Assembly (NCBI GenBank): GCA_964619725.1
Contig: CAZUFC010000075.1
Coordinates: forward strand, 1-40,900
Reading direction: 5' to 3'
DNA from: an uncultured bacterium
GTDB taxonomy: Bacteria > CSSED10-310 > CAZUFC01
DNA length: 40,900 bases
The translations under genes were made by a program, and so were the position numbers. This document shows, one piece after another, positions 21,431 through 30,988 of the stretch. Positions within the stretch are counted from its first letter, which is position 1; each line of letters begins with the position of its first letter. A model generated the notes under the pieces. That model was given only the letters and a program-made list of their open reading frames with translations. It was not told where the DNA came from and searched no databases.

Positions 21431-24271
21431 TCATTCGCTGTACCCGAATGACCAGGAATCCGGTTCCCCGATCATTTCGGAGACGTTCTGATCCGTAACG
21501 GCTCCAAAGAACTGCAGGTTGTAGAGCTGGCCGCAGTCGTCTGGCCAGGTGAAGTTTGAGAGAATAACTTCACAACGGACTCCTGGGTTCCAATGGTCAA
21601 TGACGGTCCAGGAAAGCTCCGGCGGATATTGTTTCCATTCAGGATGAAACCAGTAATACCCCATTCCGATATCGAGTAATACGAACAGCTTGCAGGAATT
21701 ATAGGAAGATTCCGTATGATTATGCAGGATAGCGTTCAACCAGCAGGAATCGCCCGGACAGTAATGATCGGCCGGCATTAAAAGCCTGACGCCTAATTCT
21801 ACGGGGTGAGTCGCTGTCGGAGCGAAAGTGGGTGATATTTGAGTGGGTATAAGCGTGGCAGTTGTTGCAGGTGAGGCGCTGGGATAGGTTAAAGGCGTTT
21901 CTGTGGGAGGATTAGTCACAGGGACAGGGGTATCTGAGGGTATCGGCGTAAAAGACGGTTCAGGCGTTGCAGGCTGAGTCGGAAAGGGCGTTGGGATGGC
22001 AGCCGGCAGGTAGTGGAAACCCATATCGACCGTAGAGGCGTCCGTAACATGGTCGGTCCTGGTTGTGAACATATCCAGGCAGATTTCACCCGCCGAACCC
22101 GGAAAACAGATCAATCCGGCAAGCTCGCTTCCAGCGTCTAAACAGGGACTGTCCGACGCCTGGCCGGACACGGTTTGACTCAGATAAAAACCGCCCAGGG
22201 AACCTGCGACGAACAGCGGATCGACGTCAATGTTCCCTGTTCCCGGAAAACCGCCCTCAACATTACAATAGCAGACTTCAATATCGCCGGACTGGACTAT
22301 GATTTCTTCAGGCGCATCATTCCAAAGGATGCAGTTGGTGAGCGTCAGGGGAGAATTATAGGACATAACGCCGCCGCCTGACAACTCCGCGCTGTTCTCC
22401 GTAAAAGTGCAGTTAGTGAGTATCCCGGTGGAGCCGTAAGAGCTGTAAAGACCGCCGGCATAGTCGCTTGAGACGTTTCCGGCGATAAGGCAGTTGCTAA
22501 CCTGCGGAGCGGATTCAATGCCGAAAAACAAACCTGCTCCAAACGCTCGCGGCATTCTGAATTGGGCTTGCTTGACGTCGACCGCCCCTGGCGCATCACC
22601 GTAACCGCTTATAAAGTAAGGATAAACTGCTGTCGCATTATTATCAATTATAACGCAGTCCGTGATCACTGGAGAGGCCAGCTCACAGGCTATGCCGCCT
22701 CCGCATGCCTCGGCGGTGTTATTGTCGATCATGCATTCTGTTATTAGCGGTGCGGCATAGCGGGCGCAACATATACCCCCTCCGGTCCGGCCATAGCAAT
22801 CTGTAATACGGCAGCCGATGATGTCGATATAACTTTCAAGGCAATATATCCCGCCGCCCCAGGAACCGTATCCGTTACGAACGGTAACTTCCCGTATCCG
22901 TGCATCGTTGTCGAATATTGCAGCAATGCCCATGTTGATGCCTTCGGCATCCAGTATGGTCGATTCAGCGCTCCAGCCCTGTAATGTAACGAAGGGCAAA
23001 ACCGGCAGGGGAAATCTCTCTCCGGTCCAATCGGCAGTATAAGTTCCCGAATCGAGGTGAATCGTAATGGGATTATCCTCAGAACCCAATATCATACTGC
23101 AGGCGTGATGAATGGTGCGGAAGGGATCACAGTATGAAAGACCGCTGTTGTCGTCGTTGCCGTAGGGTGACACGTAAACGTCCTGAGTGATTGGTTCGAG
23201 TTCTGATGTGCAGTTTTCGAGATCGAATGATACTTGGGGAGTAACGTAATAATCGGAAGGAAAATAACCGGCAAATACGTTCCATTCTGCCATAACAGGC
23301 TGAGCATAAACGCCCGGCCGGTATAAATCCGCCCCTGATCCCGCCCGGTTGCCCTGGAAATAGCATGCATCCTCAGGCGCGTTTCCGATAAAGGGAACGG
23401 AGCTGCTGTCCATACAACATATAGCGCCGCCGAAGGAAGCTGCATTACCGCTGAATGCGGTCCCGGTTATTGTCGGCGATGAAGCGTAATAGAGGCTGAT
23501 TGCGCCTCCATGGACCAGCGCCTGGTTATTCGAAAACAGGCAATCGATAATGACCGGGGAAGAATTGTAACAATGCAGACCGCCGCCGCAATTTTCCATC
23601 GAATATTGATGGGTTTCGTTACCGGTTATGATGCAACGTTCAAGAACAGGCCAGGCATAATCGCAGCATATTCCGGCGCCCAGACGCCTGGCGGCGTTGC
23701 CTGATATTATGCAATCCGTCAATACGGGCGCTGCCGAGGCGCTGCAGGATACTCCGCCGCCGGAGCTGTCGGCCCAGTTCGCAATAATCCGGCACCAGCC
23801 GACCTCGGCCGAAGATTGGCTGAAAGCCATACCGCCGCCGCACGTATTGCTGCTGCAAGCGGTTATCAAACAATCCGTCACAGTGGGCGATGCCGCTTCG
23901 CAAAAAATCCCGCTTCCCCTGCTGCTGCAGCTCCCATGAAGGATTGTAAATCCCGAGAAAACAGAACCTGGACCTTCCTGGTTATGGAAATACGCTCCAC
24001 GGCCCTGAAACTCACAATCCAGCACAGAATACGTCGATCCGTTAGCCGACATCACGGTTATCTCTTTCCCGCAGAAATCCAGGTCCCTGTTGCCTTCACC
24101 GCTGTAAACTCCGTCCGCCGTCAATACCGTGTCGCCATTCAAGGCAGCATCAATCCCGGACTGTATATTCGGCTGATCCCCCGGAACATGAATGACTGCA
24201 GCGAAGCAATGTCCCGCTGACAATGGGAATACAAAAAACGTCGTTAACAGGAGCTTCTTCAGCTTTTTCAT
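21431..24271 (-). CDS. Secreted right-handed parallel beta-helix (pectin-lyase fold, Pmp-like GGA(I)/FxxN repeats) protein with DUF1565-like segment and the shared C-terminal domain
   Basis: Signal peptide, IHVPGDQPNIQSGIDAA, many N-x-A-x-x-GGG repeats, VYVSPYGNDDNSG, PT linker and the C-terminal domain. Confidence 0.88.
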   Translation of the reverse strand: MKKLKKLLLTTFFVFPLSAGHCFAAVIHVPGDQPNIQSGIDAALNGDTVLTADGVYSGEGNRDLDFCGKEITVMSANGSTYSVLDCEFQGRGAYFHNQEGPGSVFSGFTILHGSCSSRGSGIFCEAASPTVTDCLITACSSNTCGGGMAFSQSSAEVGWCRIIANWADSSGGGVSCSASAAPVLTDCIISGNAARRLGAGICCDYAWPVLERCIITGNETHQYSMENCGGGLHCYNSSPVIIDCLFSNNQALVHGGAISLYYASSPTITGTAFSGNAASFGGAICCMDSSSVPFIGNAPEDACYFQGNRAGSGADLYRPGVYAQPVMAEWNVFAGYFPSDYYVTPQVSFDLENCTSELEPITQDVYVSPYGNDDNSGLSYCDPFRTIHHACSMILGSEDNPITIHLDSGTYTADWTGERFPLPVLPFVTLQGWSAESTILDAEGINMGIAAIFDNDARIREVTVRNGYGSWGGGIYCLESYIDIIGCRITDCYGRTGGGICCARYAAPLITECMIDNNTAEACGGGIACELASPVITDCVIIDNNATAVYPYFISGYGDAPGAVDVKQAQFRMPRAFGAGLFFGIESAPQVSNCLIAGNVSSDYAGGLYSSYGSTGILTNCTFTENSAELSGGGVMSYNSPLTLTNCILWNDAPEEIIVQSGDIEVCYCNVEGGFPGTGNIDVDPLFVAGSLGGFYLSQTVSGQASDSPCLDAGSELAGLICFPGSAGEICLDMFTTRTDHVTDASTVDMGFHYLPAAIPTPFPTQPATPEPSFTPIPSDTPVPVTNPPTETPLTYPSASPATTATLIPTQISPTFAPTATHPVELGVRLLMPADHYCPGDSCWLNAILHNHTESSYNSCKLFVLLDIGMGYYWFHPEWKQYPPELSWTVIDHWNPGVRCEVILSNFTWPDDCGQLYNLQFFGAVTDQNVSEMIGEPDSWSFGYSE

Positions 24272-24375
24272 GGTTGTTTCTCCCTTTCCGTTCTAAGTTT
24301 ATGAAAACGGAGTAAAAAACACAAATTCTATTTAATTTAAGATATCTACAAGCCTTTTGCAGATTGCGGACTGCC

Positions 24376-24403
24376 CGAATTTTACCCCTCTTTGATCAGT
24401 CTC
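24376..24403 (-). mobile_element. Possible solo family-A left end
   Basis: Reverse complement GAGACTGATCAAAGAGGGGTAAAATTCG compared with GGGACTGATCAAGCCGGGGTTACAATTC. Confidence 0.35.
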
Positions 24404-24594
24404 CATATTTATCTGATTCACAGACGGTCATTTATTTGATGAAACAACGGAACATTGATAGAATCCAAAATGGGCCGGTGAAAACGGTTATCCTGCAGCA
24501 GTAACGGCATCCACATCGCCGGCTGCATGCGTCGCCTTAAACATCAAAGAATGATGACGGCATCTGTATCACCCCAATACTAAAGGAGCGGGAA

Positions 24595-25341
24595 ATGTCC
24601 AAAATTTGCCTTGTCTTCTCCAGTTCAGTAATCCTTGTCTCAATGCTTGCACTCCCTGCATTTTCTCAATTCGATTTAGATATTGAAACAGGGGCTGTTT
24701 TCAGCGGATATAACGACGTTCAAATTCCCGGCGACGAGGGGACCCGGTTTTCATTATCCGAGGAATTATCGACGGACCCCACATTCTTTTACCGTATCAG
24801 GTTGTTCTACGATTTCGGTCCGCGCCATCATCTGGGAGCTTTGTATGCCCCTCTGTCCATAGAATCAGAAGGCCATTTGAATCGTGATATAGTCTTCGAA
24901 GGGGAAACCTTCCCGGCCGGTACGCCGCTCGATGCGACATACCGGTTCAATTCCTATAGATTGATCTACCGTTACGATTTCCTCAGAAAAGAAAAGGTAG
25001 AAGCCGGCATCGGTTTTACCGCGAAAATTCGTGACGCTGAAATTTCAGTCAGGGGCAATGGAATTGAATCGGAAAAAAAGAATGTCGGCTTTGTTCCTAT
25101 TATTCATTTTCGTTTTTTATGGATGTTCATCGACAAATTCGCATTCTTAATGGACGGCGATGCGCTCGCCGCTCCCCAGGGAAGGGCTGAGGACGTTCTT
25201 GCAGCTTTGACCGTCAAGGTTTCCGACAGGATTGACTGTAAAATCGGTTATCGTATTCTTGAAGGCGGAGCGGATAACGATGAAGTGTATAATTTCGCAT
25301 TGATTCATTATGCATCTTTAGGCGTTTCCCTTCATTTTTGA
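24595..25341 (+). CDS. Putative outer-membrane beta-barrel protein
   Basis: AAGGAG RBS, signal peptide, alternating amphipathic strands and C-terminal LGVSLHF. Confidence 0.75.
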   Translation: MSKICLVFSSSVILVSMLALPAFSQFDLDIETGAVFSGYNDVQIPGDEGTRFSLSEELSTDPTFFYRIRLFYDFGPRHHLGALYAPLSIESEGHLNRDIVFEGETFPAGTPLDATYRFNSYRLIYRYDFLRKEKVEAGIGFTAKIRDAEISVRGNGIESEKKNVGFVPIIHFRFLWMFIDKFAFLMDGDALAAPQGRAEDVLAALTVKVSDRIDCKIGYRILEGGADNDEVYNFALIHYASLGVSLHF

Positions 25342-25421
25342 CCGCTTCAAAGGAAGTTCATCGGAACGGCAGGAATGCTGAAGCGATATTGGCAACCCGG
25401 CTGCTCGATGCAGTGGAGCGA

Positions 25422-26351
25422 ATGAAAAAATTCAGGCTTGCAAAGGAGTTCAAAAAGAGAATCGTTTCTGTCTGGGGAAAAAAGGGCAGCCGGTGGTTGA
25501 ACCGCTTGCCGTCTATTCTGGCTGCCTGTGCGGAAAAATGGGAATTGACGATTGAATCTCCTGTTCCGATTTTAGCTTACAATTTCCTGGTTTATGCCGT
25601 AACGGCAGAAGGAGCGTCGGTCGTTCTGAAAATCGGCGTACCCTGCCTGGAATTAACGACGGAGATCAACGCGCTTCGAGTGTTTCGAGGAAAACGAGCA
25701 GCGGCGCTGCTGGACGCCGATCCGCAAGTGGGGGCATTGCTGTTGAAACGTGTTCTCCCCGGAAAGCCTTTATCTGCAATTAATAATGATGATGAGGCCA
25801 CAGAGATAGGAGCCCGGTTGATTCGTGATATTCCTGCGACCGTACCTTCTGAGCATCAATTCCCGAGTATCGCTGATTGGGCTATGGTATTCGACAGGTT
25901 GAGAGTACGATTCAATGGGAATACAGGACCGTTGCCCCGGAAGATGGCGGAGAAGGCTGAACGTCTGTTTAAAGACCTTCAGACGTCGAGTACGGAGAGC
26001 CGATTGCTCCATGGGGACCTCCATCATGACAACATTCTTTTCGACGACAAGGAAAACTGGCTGGCGATAGACCCGAAAGGCGCAACAGGAGACCCGGCAT
26101 ACGAAGCAGCCAGGTTTCAGCATAATCCCAAACCAGGTTTCCTGGCTATGAATAATCCAGAAAATACCGCAAAGCGCAGGCTCGATATTATGGCGTCGAT
26201 ATTGTCCATGGACAAAGCCAGGTTGTCGGCGTGGGCTTTCTTTGATGCCGTGATCTCCACATGCTGGAGTATTGAAGAAAATGATCCTGACTGGCAGTAT
26301 GGCCTTCGTTGCGCTGATATACTCGATCATTTATCGGAGAGATTCTTATAA
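25422..26351 (+). CDS. Aminoglycoside phosphotransferase APH(6)/streptomycin-6-kinase-like protein
   Basis: WLNRLP, VVLKIG, LLHGDLHHDNIL and WLAIDPKG..GDPAYE motifs. Confidence 0.85.
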   Translation: MKKFRLAKEFKKRIVSVWGKKGSRWLNRLPSILAACAEKWELTIESPVPILAYNFLVYAVTAEGASVVLKIGVPCLELTTEINALRVFRGKRAAALLDADPQVGALLLKRVLPGKPLSAINNDDEATEIGARLIRDIPATVPSEHQFPSIADWAMVFDRLRVRFNGNTGPLPRKMAEKAERLFKDLQTSSTESRLLHGDLHHDNILFDDKENWLAIDPKGATGDPAYEAARFQHNPKPGFLAMNNPENTAKRRLDIMASILSMDKARLSAWAFFDAVISTCWSIEENDPDWQYGLRCADILDHLSERFL

Positions 26352-26460
26352 AAAGAGGTAAATGTCTCCTCTCATCCTGCTTGGTGACGAACGTAATGTC
26401 CTACGGATATAAAGGATAATTCATGAATTCTCTAGCCGGATATTCAACGCAGTGTCGACT

Positions 26461-26635
26461 TAGCCCGCATTTTTCATAAAAAACCTGTTACGAACGTCCA
26501 TATCAAGGCGCTTTCGGGCGCTGCTCCCTACGGACCAGCTTAAAATAGCGCTGCTATGCTTCCGCAGTCCGCCGGCGCTTGAATCCGAGGGAATCTGAAC
26601 GCTCTCACAAAAATTTTGTATGAGCAATGCGGCTG
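26461..26635 (+). mobile_element. MITE family B (~180 bp)
   Basis: TIRs TAGCCCGCATTTTTCATAAAAA and TTTTGTATGAGCAATGCGGCT. The interior is homologous to the reverse complement of 39185-39367. Confidence 0.8.
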
Positions 26636-26959
26636 AGTAGCGGTTTGACTTTTTTTTCTGAATTATTAGACTGATTCCCGTCTACAGGGAGGGGAGCAGC
26701 GCTTCTGATGAGAGTAGAAATTGCGGATTTCTTGTCTGATATCTGAATACGGCGAAATATAATCAAATCCCTGTCATTGCATCAGAGGCGAGCACCGACG
26801 GTTTTCAGGCGAATAAAAATCCAAACGATTTTCCGGAATTCAGTTCGTTCGCATCTCAGGAAAGGGCCACAGGTTCCTCAAATGAATTCTTATTGAATGA
26901 ACCTGTTTTCCGAATCCTGGAGGAACAGACGGGATTAGGAGCAAGGAGGAGAAGGAAGA

Positions 26960-29209
26960 ATGAAGAAAGCAATTTTGACGGCTGTTGCCTTAATAATGGT
27001 TCAATGTTCAGGACCGCTTTTTGCCGGGATTCCCCATACAATAAATTATCAGGGCTTTTTAACGGATGATTCCGGCGTACCCCTGGAAGGAGAATTTGAT
27101 TTCGCTTTTTCGATATGGGACCAGGAAACTGGCGGAACTGAATTATGGTCGGAGAATCAGCCTGATGTAGCGGCAAACGGCGGACTTTTTCATGTCATCC
27201 TTGGTTCGGTGGATACTCCTGTCGATCTTGAATTCGATGACATATTGTGGTTGGAAATCGAAGTAGAAGGAGAGACGACGGCGCCCAGGCTGGAACTGAC
27301 CAGCGTGGGGCAGGCATTGAATGCGGAGGATGTTTACGACGTAGATATACATCCCCGCAGTATAAGCATTCAAGGGTATGGCATAGTTGTAAATTCTTCG
27401 GGCGAATGGACCGGAGAAACGGCGGGTTTGACGGGTTCGACCGGTCCGCAGGGCGACACAGGTCCGATGGGTCCCGCCGGTGATACGGGTTTAATAGGTC
27501 CCCGGGGTGATACGGGTCAGACAGGTCCTGCCGGCGATACAGGTCCGATGGGGCCTGCCGGCGACACGGGTTCAATGGGTTCTCAGGGCGACACAGGTCC
27601 GATGGGTCCCGCCGGTGATACGGGTTTAATAGGTCCCCGGGGTGATACGGGTCAGACAGGTCCTGCCGGCGATACAGGTCCGATGGGGCCTGCCGGCGAC
27701 ACGGGTTCAATGGGTTCTCAGGGCGACACAGGTCCGATGGGTCCCGCCGGTGATACGGGTTTAATAGGTCCCCGAGGTGATACGGGTCAGACAGGTCCCG
27801 CCGGCGACACAGGTCTGACCGGTCCGCAGGGCTATACGGGTCCGGAAGGTCCTCCTGGAGCCACTGGTCCTGTAGCCGGTTCGAACGGTCAACTGATTTA
27901 TAACGATGACGGCAGCGCTGCCGGCGCTGAAGTTTACTATAATGAAGACGACGGCAAAATCGGAATCGGCACGAGTAGTCCTGGCGGCAATTTAGAAGTT
28001 TATAACGGATCGAATCATTCTATTTTGAAGATTCACACAGACGGCGCCAACAAAAGCGCTTTCCTGAACCTGGATGCTCCGGGTTACAATCCGTGGCAGA
28101 TTTACCACTACAGCGGTAACGGAAAACTGCACATCAAGGGGAACAACGGGGTCAGGATGACTTTTGAACAGACCGGAAAAGTGGGAATAGGAAGTGAAGC
28201 GGCTTGGAGCGGAACATTATCCGTCAGCGGCAATGTTTCCATCGGCAGCGGTTACAACACGCTGGGCACTTCTGCCCCGAGCAATGGACTGATCGTTCAG
28301 GGAGATGTGGGTATAGGAACATCAAATCCCTCAAGCGACCTGGAAGTATACAACGGTTCTGATAATTCCATTCTGAAAATTCATTCGGACGGCGCTAACA
28401 GGAGCGCATTACTTTACCTGGATGCTCCCGGTTACAGCCCATGGCAGATTTATCATTACAGCGGCAATGGAAAAATGCACATCAAGGGGAACAACGGCGT
28501 CAGGATGACTTTTGAGCAAACTGGGCGAGTCGGCATCGGCAGCGAGGCGGCTTGGAGCGGAACATTATCCGTCAGCGGCAATGTTTCGGTCGGCAGCTCT
28601 TACAACACACTCGGAACATCGGCGCCCGGCAACGGCATGATCGTTCAGGGCAACGTAGGTATCGGCACGAAAAGTCCCAACGCCAAATTAGACGTAAACG
28701 GAACGGTCAAAGCCGTTGAATTCCAGGGCGACGGATCAGGACTGACCGGTTTGCCCGGCGGAGCGAACGTTCATTACTTCAACGAATCGGAAACCACGCA
28801 ACACACCATTAGCGGAACATCGTGGACCGACCTCCACACATGGACTCTGACCACCGGTAATTCCGATGCAAGGCTGCTGATGATCGCCCTGCGCGGTGAA
28901 TTCGGACACTCCGGTACAGGCGAAAATTATTATAACCTGGAAATCTCAGGTACGAATTTTGGAACGAAATACTGGGCTGGCGTCGGCGAATACCTATGGG
29001 GATACGAAACTGAACCGGACGACAGCCTCTTCACAGTTCCGACCGGCGCCGGCGGGGGAACATACGACAAGAGACGAGCACAATGGTTACTGGATGATGA
29101 TGTTACGGGAGACGATTCATATACCATCACTATTCGAGGGAAAAACGGCGCTGCCGACCAGACATATATGCGGAACGCAGTGTTGACCGTTGTGTGGGTT
29201 GAAGAATAA
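26960..29209 (+). CDS. Secreted collagen-like / tail-fibre-like adhesin
   Basis: Signal peptide, INYQG N-domain paralogous to the 13543 gene, ~50 G-X-Y triplets, GIGT repeats and a distinct C-terminal head. Confidence 0.9.
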   Translation: MKKAILTAVALIMVQCSGPLFAGIPHTINYQGFLTDDSGVPLEGEFDFAFSIWDQETGGTELWSENQPDVAANGGLFHVILGSVDTPVDLEFDDILWLEIEVEGETTAPRLELTSVGQALNAEDVYDVDIHPRSISIQGYGIVVNSSGEWTGETAGLTGSTGPQGDTGPMGPAGDTGLIGPRGDTGQTGPAGDTGPMGPAGDTGSMGSQGDTGPMGPAGDTGLIGPRGDTGQTGPAGDTGPMGPAGDTGSMGSQGDTGPMGPAGDTGLIGPRGDTGQTGPAGDTGLTGPQGYTGPEGPPGATGPVAGSNGQLIYNDDGSAAGAEVYYNEDDGKIGIGTSSPGGNLEVYNGSNHSILKIHTDGANKSAFLNLDAPGYNPWQIYHYSGNGKLHIKGNNGVRMTFEQTGKVGIGSEAAWSGTLSVSGNVSIGSGYNTLGTSAPSNGLIVQGDVGIGTSNPSSDLEVYNGSDNSILKIHSDGANRSALLYLDAPGYSPWQIYHYSGNGKMHIKGNNGVRMTFEQTGRVGIGSEAAWSGTLSVSGNVSVGSSYNTLGTSAPGNGMIVQGNVGIGTKSPNAKLDVNGTVKAVEFQGDGSGLTGLPGGANVHYFNESETTQHTISGTSWTDLHTWTLTTGNSDARLLMIALRGEFGHSGTGENYYNLEISGTNFGTKYWAGVGEYLWGYETEPDDSLFTVPTGAGGGTYDKRRAQWLLDDDVTGDDSYTITIRGKNGAADQTYMRNAVLTVVWVEE
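27449..27815 (+). repeat. 135-bp near-perfect tandem repeat (~2.7 copies) in the collagen region
   Basis: CAGGGCGACACAGGTCCGATGGGTCCCGCC recurs at 27449, 27584 and 27719. Confidence 0.9.
27962..28660 (+). repeat. 348-bp (116-aa) internal duplication
   Basis: GIGT..P...LEVYNGS units start at 27962 and 28310, and the next GIGT is at 28658. Confidence 0.85.
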
Positions 29210-29430
29210 CCGGTATTTTACAAACGAAATCGCTTTTCTCAGATTCTCGGTTATGCCGGCCATTCCCCGTCACCGGGCACTATCCTGGGTACAGGCATGA
29301 AATAAATGCTCCGGCATGTCAAAAAGCAGCCCGGAATATTACTTTTTGATCATCGCCTGTATTTTCATGACCAGGCGAGAAAAAACTGTTACAATACGCT
29401 AACAAGCATTCGACGGAAGGATCGATCTGC

Positions 29431-29655
29431 ATGAAAGAAGCAGAAATAGTCATGAGAAAAAAAGAAGACAGCGAAACCAGGTATTATGTCGATTTGGATT
29501 TGAGGGTGCAGACAATTATCCAATGGGGTTAAGATCAAAGAAATATTCCGGCCGGTCAGAAATTAAAACAGCCCTTTCATCACAGGGTTTTCCTGACCAG
29601 GGGACAATACAATAAGCTTGTGAAGAAATATGTGGAAGTGATGAGTCAAGAGTAA
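29431..29655 (+). pseudogene. Small gene with an in-frame TAA at 29530-29532
   Basis: GAAGGA then ATG. Reads MKEAEIVMRKKEDSETRYYVDLDLRVQTIIQWG*DQRNIPAGQKLKQPFHHRVFLTRGQYNKLVKKYVEVMSQE*. Confidence 0.55.
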
Positions 29656-29717
29656 ACATAAAACGGAAGAGCCCAAAAGGCTTAAAAGCATCCGATCCGT
29701 TTTCAAGGAACCGTGAA

Positions 29718-30380
29718 ATGAATATCGTCCATCTGCCTGACCAGATCAGGAGTCTGATTTTCGATATAGACCTGACTCTTTATGACGACAGGCGATATTA
29801 CGAGTCGCAGACAGCTTTATTGATCGAACGCCTGGCTGATCACCTGGGAACGTCTGTTTGCGAAACCCGGAATATCGTGGAAAAAATGCAGAATGACTTC
29901 GCAGACAGAAACCAGGGTCGAAAACAGACCATGGTAAAGACCTTTCATCAATTAGGGGTAAGCATTGAAACAAGCGCCTGTTGGCGTGAAGAATTATTTA
30001 AGCCGGAGGATTACTTGCAGACTGACGACCTGTTGGTACGCGTTATGGACAGGCTATCCAGGGATTTTTTTATTGCCGCCGTGACCAACAATGCGACGTC
30101 CATCGGCGAAAGAACCCTGACGGCATTAGGCGTCAGGGATTATTTCCATCCGGTGATAGGACTGGACATATCCGGTGAAGCGAAACCCACCATGGTTCCA
30201 TTCAAAATGGTTTCGGAACGGCATGGGGTTCCATTGCATGAAATGGTGAGCATAGGAGATCGAATATCCGTTGACATAGAACTTCCCGTGAAAAACGGCA
30301 TGGGCGGAATTCTGGTTCACAGCGTCAAAGAGGTGTATCGTTTGCCCTGCTTGCTTAATCCCCCTGTTTATTCATCCTGA
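29718..30380 (+). CDS. HAD-superfamily hydrolase
   Basis: Motif I LIFDIDLTLY, VTN, KP and IGDRISVDI. Confidence 0.92.
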   Translation: MNIVHLPDQIRSLIFDIDLTLYDDRRYYESQTALLIERLADHLGTSVCETRNIVEKMQNDFADRNQGRKQTMVKTFHQLGVSIETSACWREELFKPEDYLQTDDLLVRVMDRLSRDFFIAAVTNNATSIGERTLTALGVRDYFHPVIGLDISGEAKPTMVPFKMVSERHGVPLHEMVSIGDRISVDIELPVKNGMGGILVHSVKEVYRLPCLLNPPVYSS

Positions 30381-30755
30381 TCTTTTACTGCTGTATCAGC
30401 TTTTACCGCCAGGAATCCCAGTAACAGTATCAACGCAAGCAGTCTGCTGGGCTTGGTTGAAGGAATGGACGCCGGAGTCGGAGTATACGTAACGGTGGGA
30501 GTTAAAGTCAGCGTTGGGGTGAGTGTTGCAGTCGGACTGGGTGAGCAGGTCGGCGTCAGAGTGTTTGTGGCTGTATATGTCGGCGTGGGAGGGTCCCCGA
30601 GTGTGCCGTCGCTGAGAACACGCTGGGCGAAAAGGTCTGTCTCGCTCTCCTGTCGTGCATCGTTCCAGGCGATGACGGCCTCCTCGCAACAATCCGAGAT
30701 TATGAAGGGATTATACTGGGAACCAATGGCTTTACAAACCGCTATTCCGTTTACC
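30368..30755 (-). pseudogene. Orphan 3' fragment of a surface protein (propeller-type repeat, PT linker, IPTL-like anchor)
   Basis: NGIAVC..Q..P.IISD....VIAW.D.R...DLFAQRV, then PTPT repeats and IPSTKPS plus TM. There is no signal peptide and no plausible N-terminus. Confidence 0.65.
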
Positions 30756-30988
30756 GGTTCGAAAAATACGTTAACACATCGGTTACTGCAGACAGCTGAT
30801 AAATGCGTTTCGGTGAGTTTGAGCAACCGAGCCGGTTGCGTTGACATCGAGAAGAATCCATAAATCATGGTCGGTTCCTGAACGTGCGCGAATCTATCGC
30901 AACTCGGTTTTGCATGTCCTCGCAGGACCTAAGGTGAATCAGCGGCATTGCTGAGCGATTGAGTCCTCCAGCTCCAGGGACGGTTGAA

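Noticed and set aside
30962-30988. REP-like AGTCC..AGGGACGGTTGAA after the giant gene
   Set aside because: Single imperfect copy with no partner or RAYT transposase in the window.
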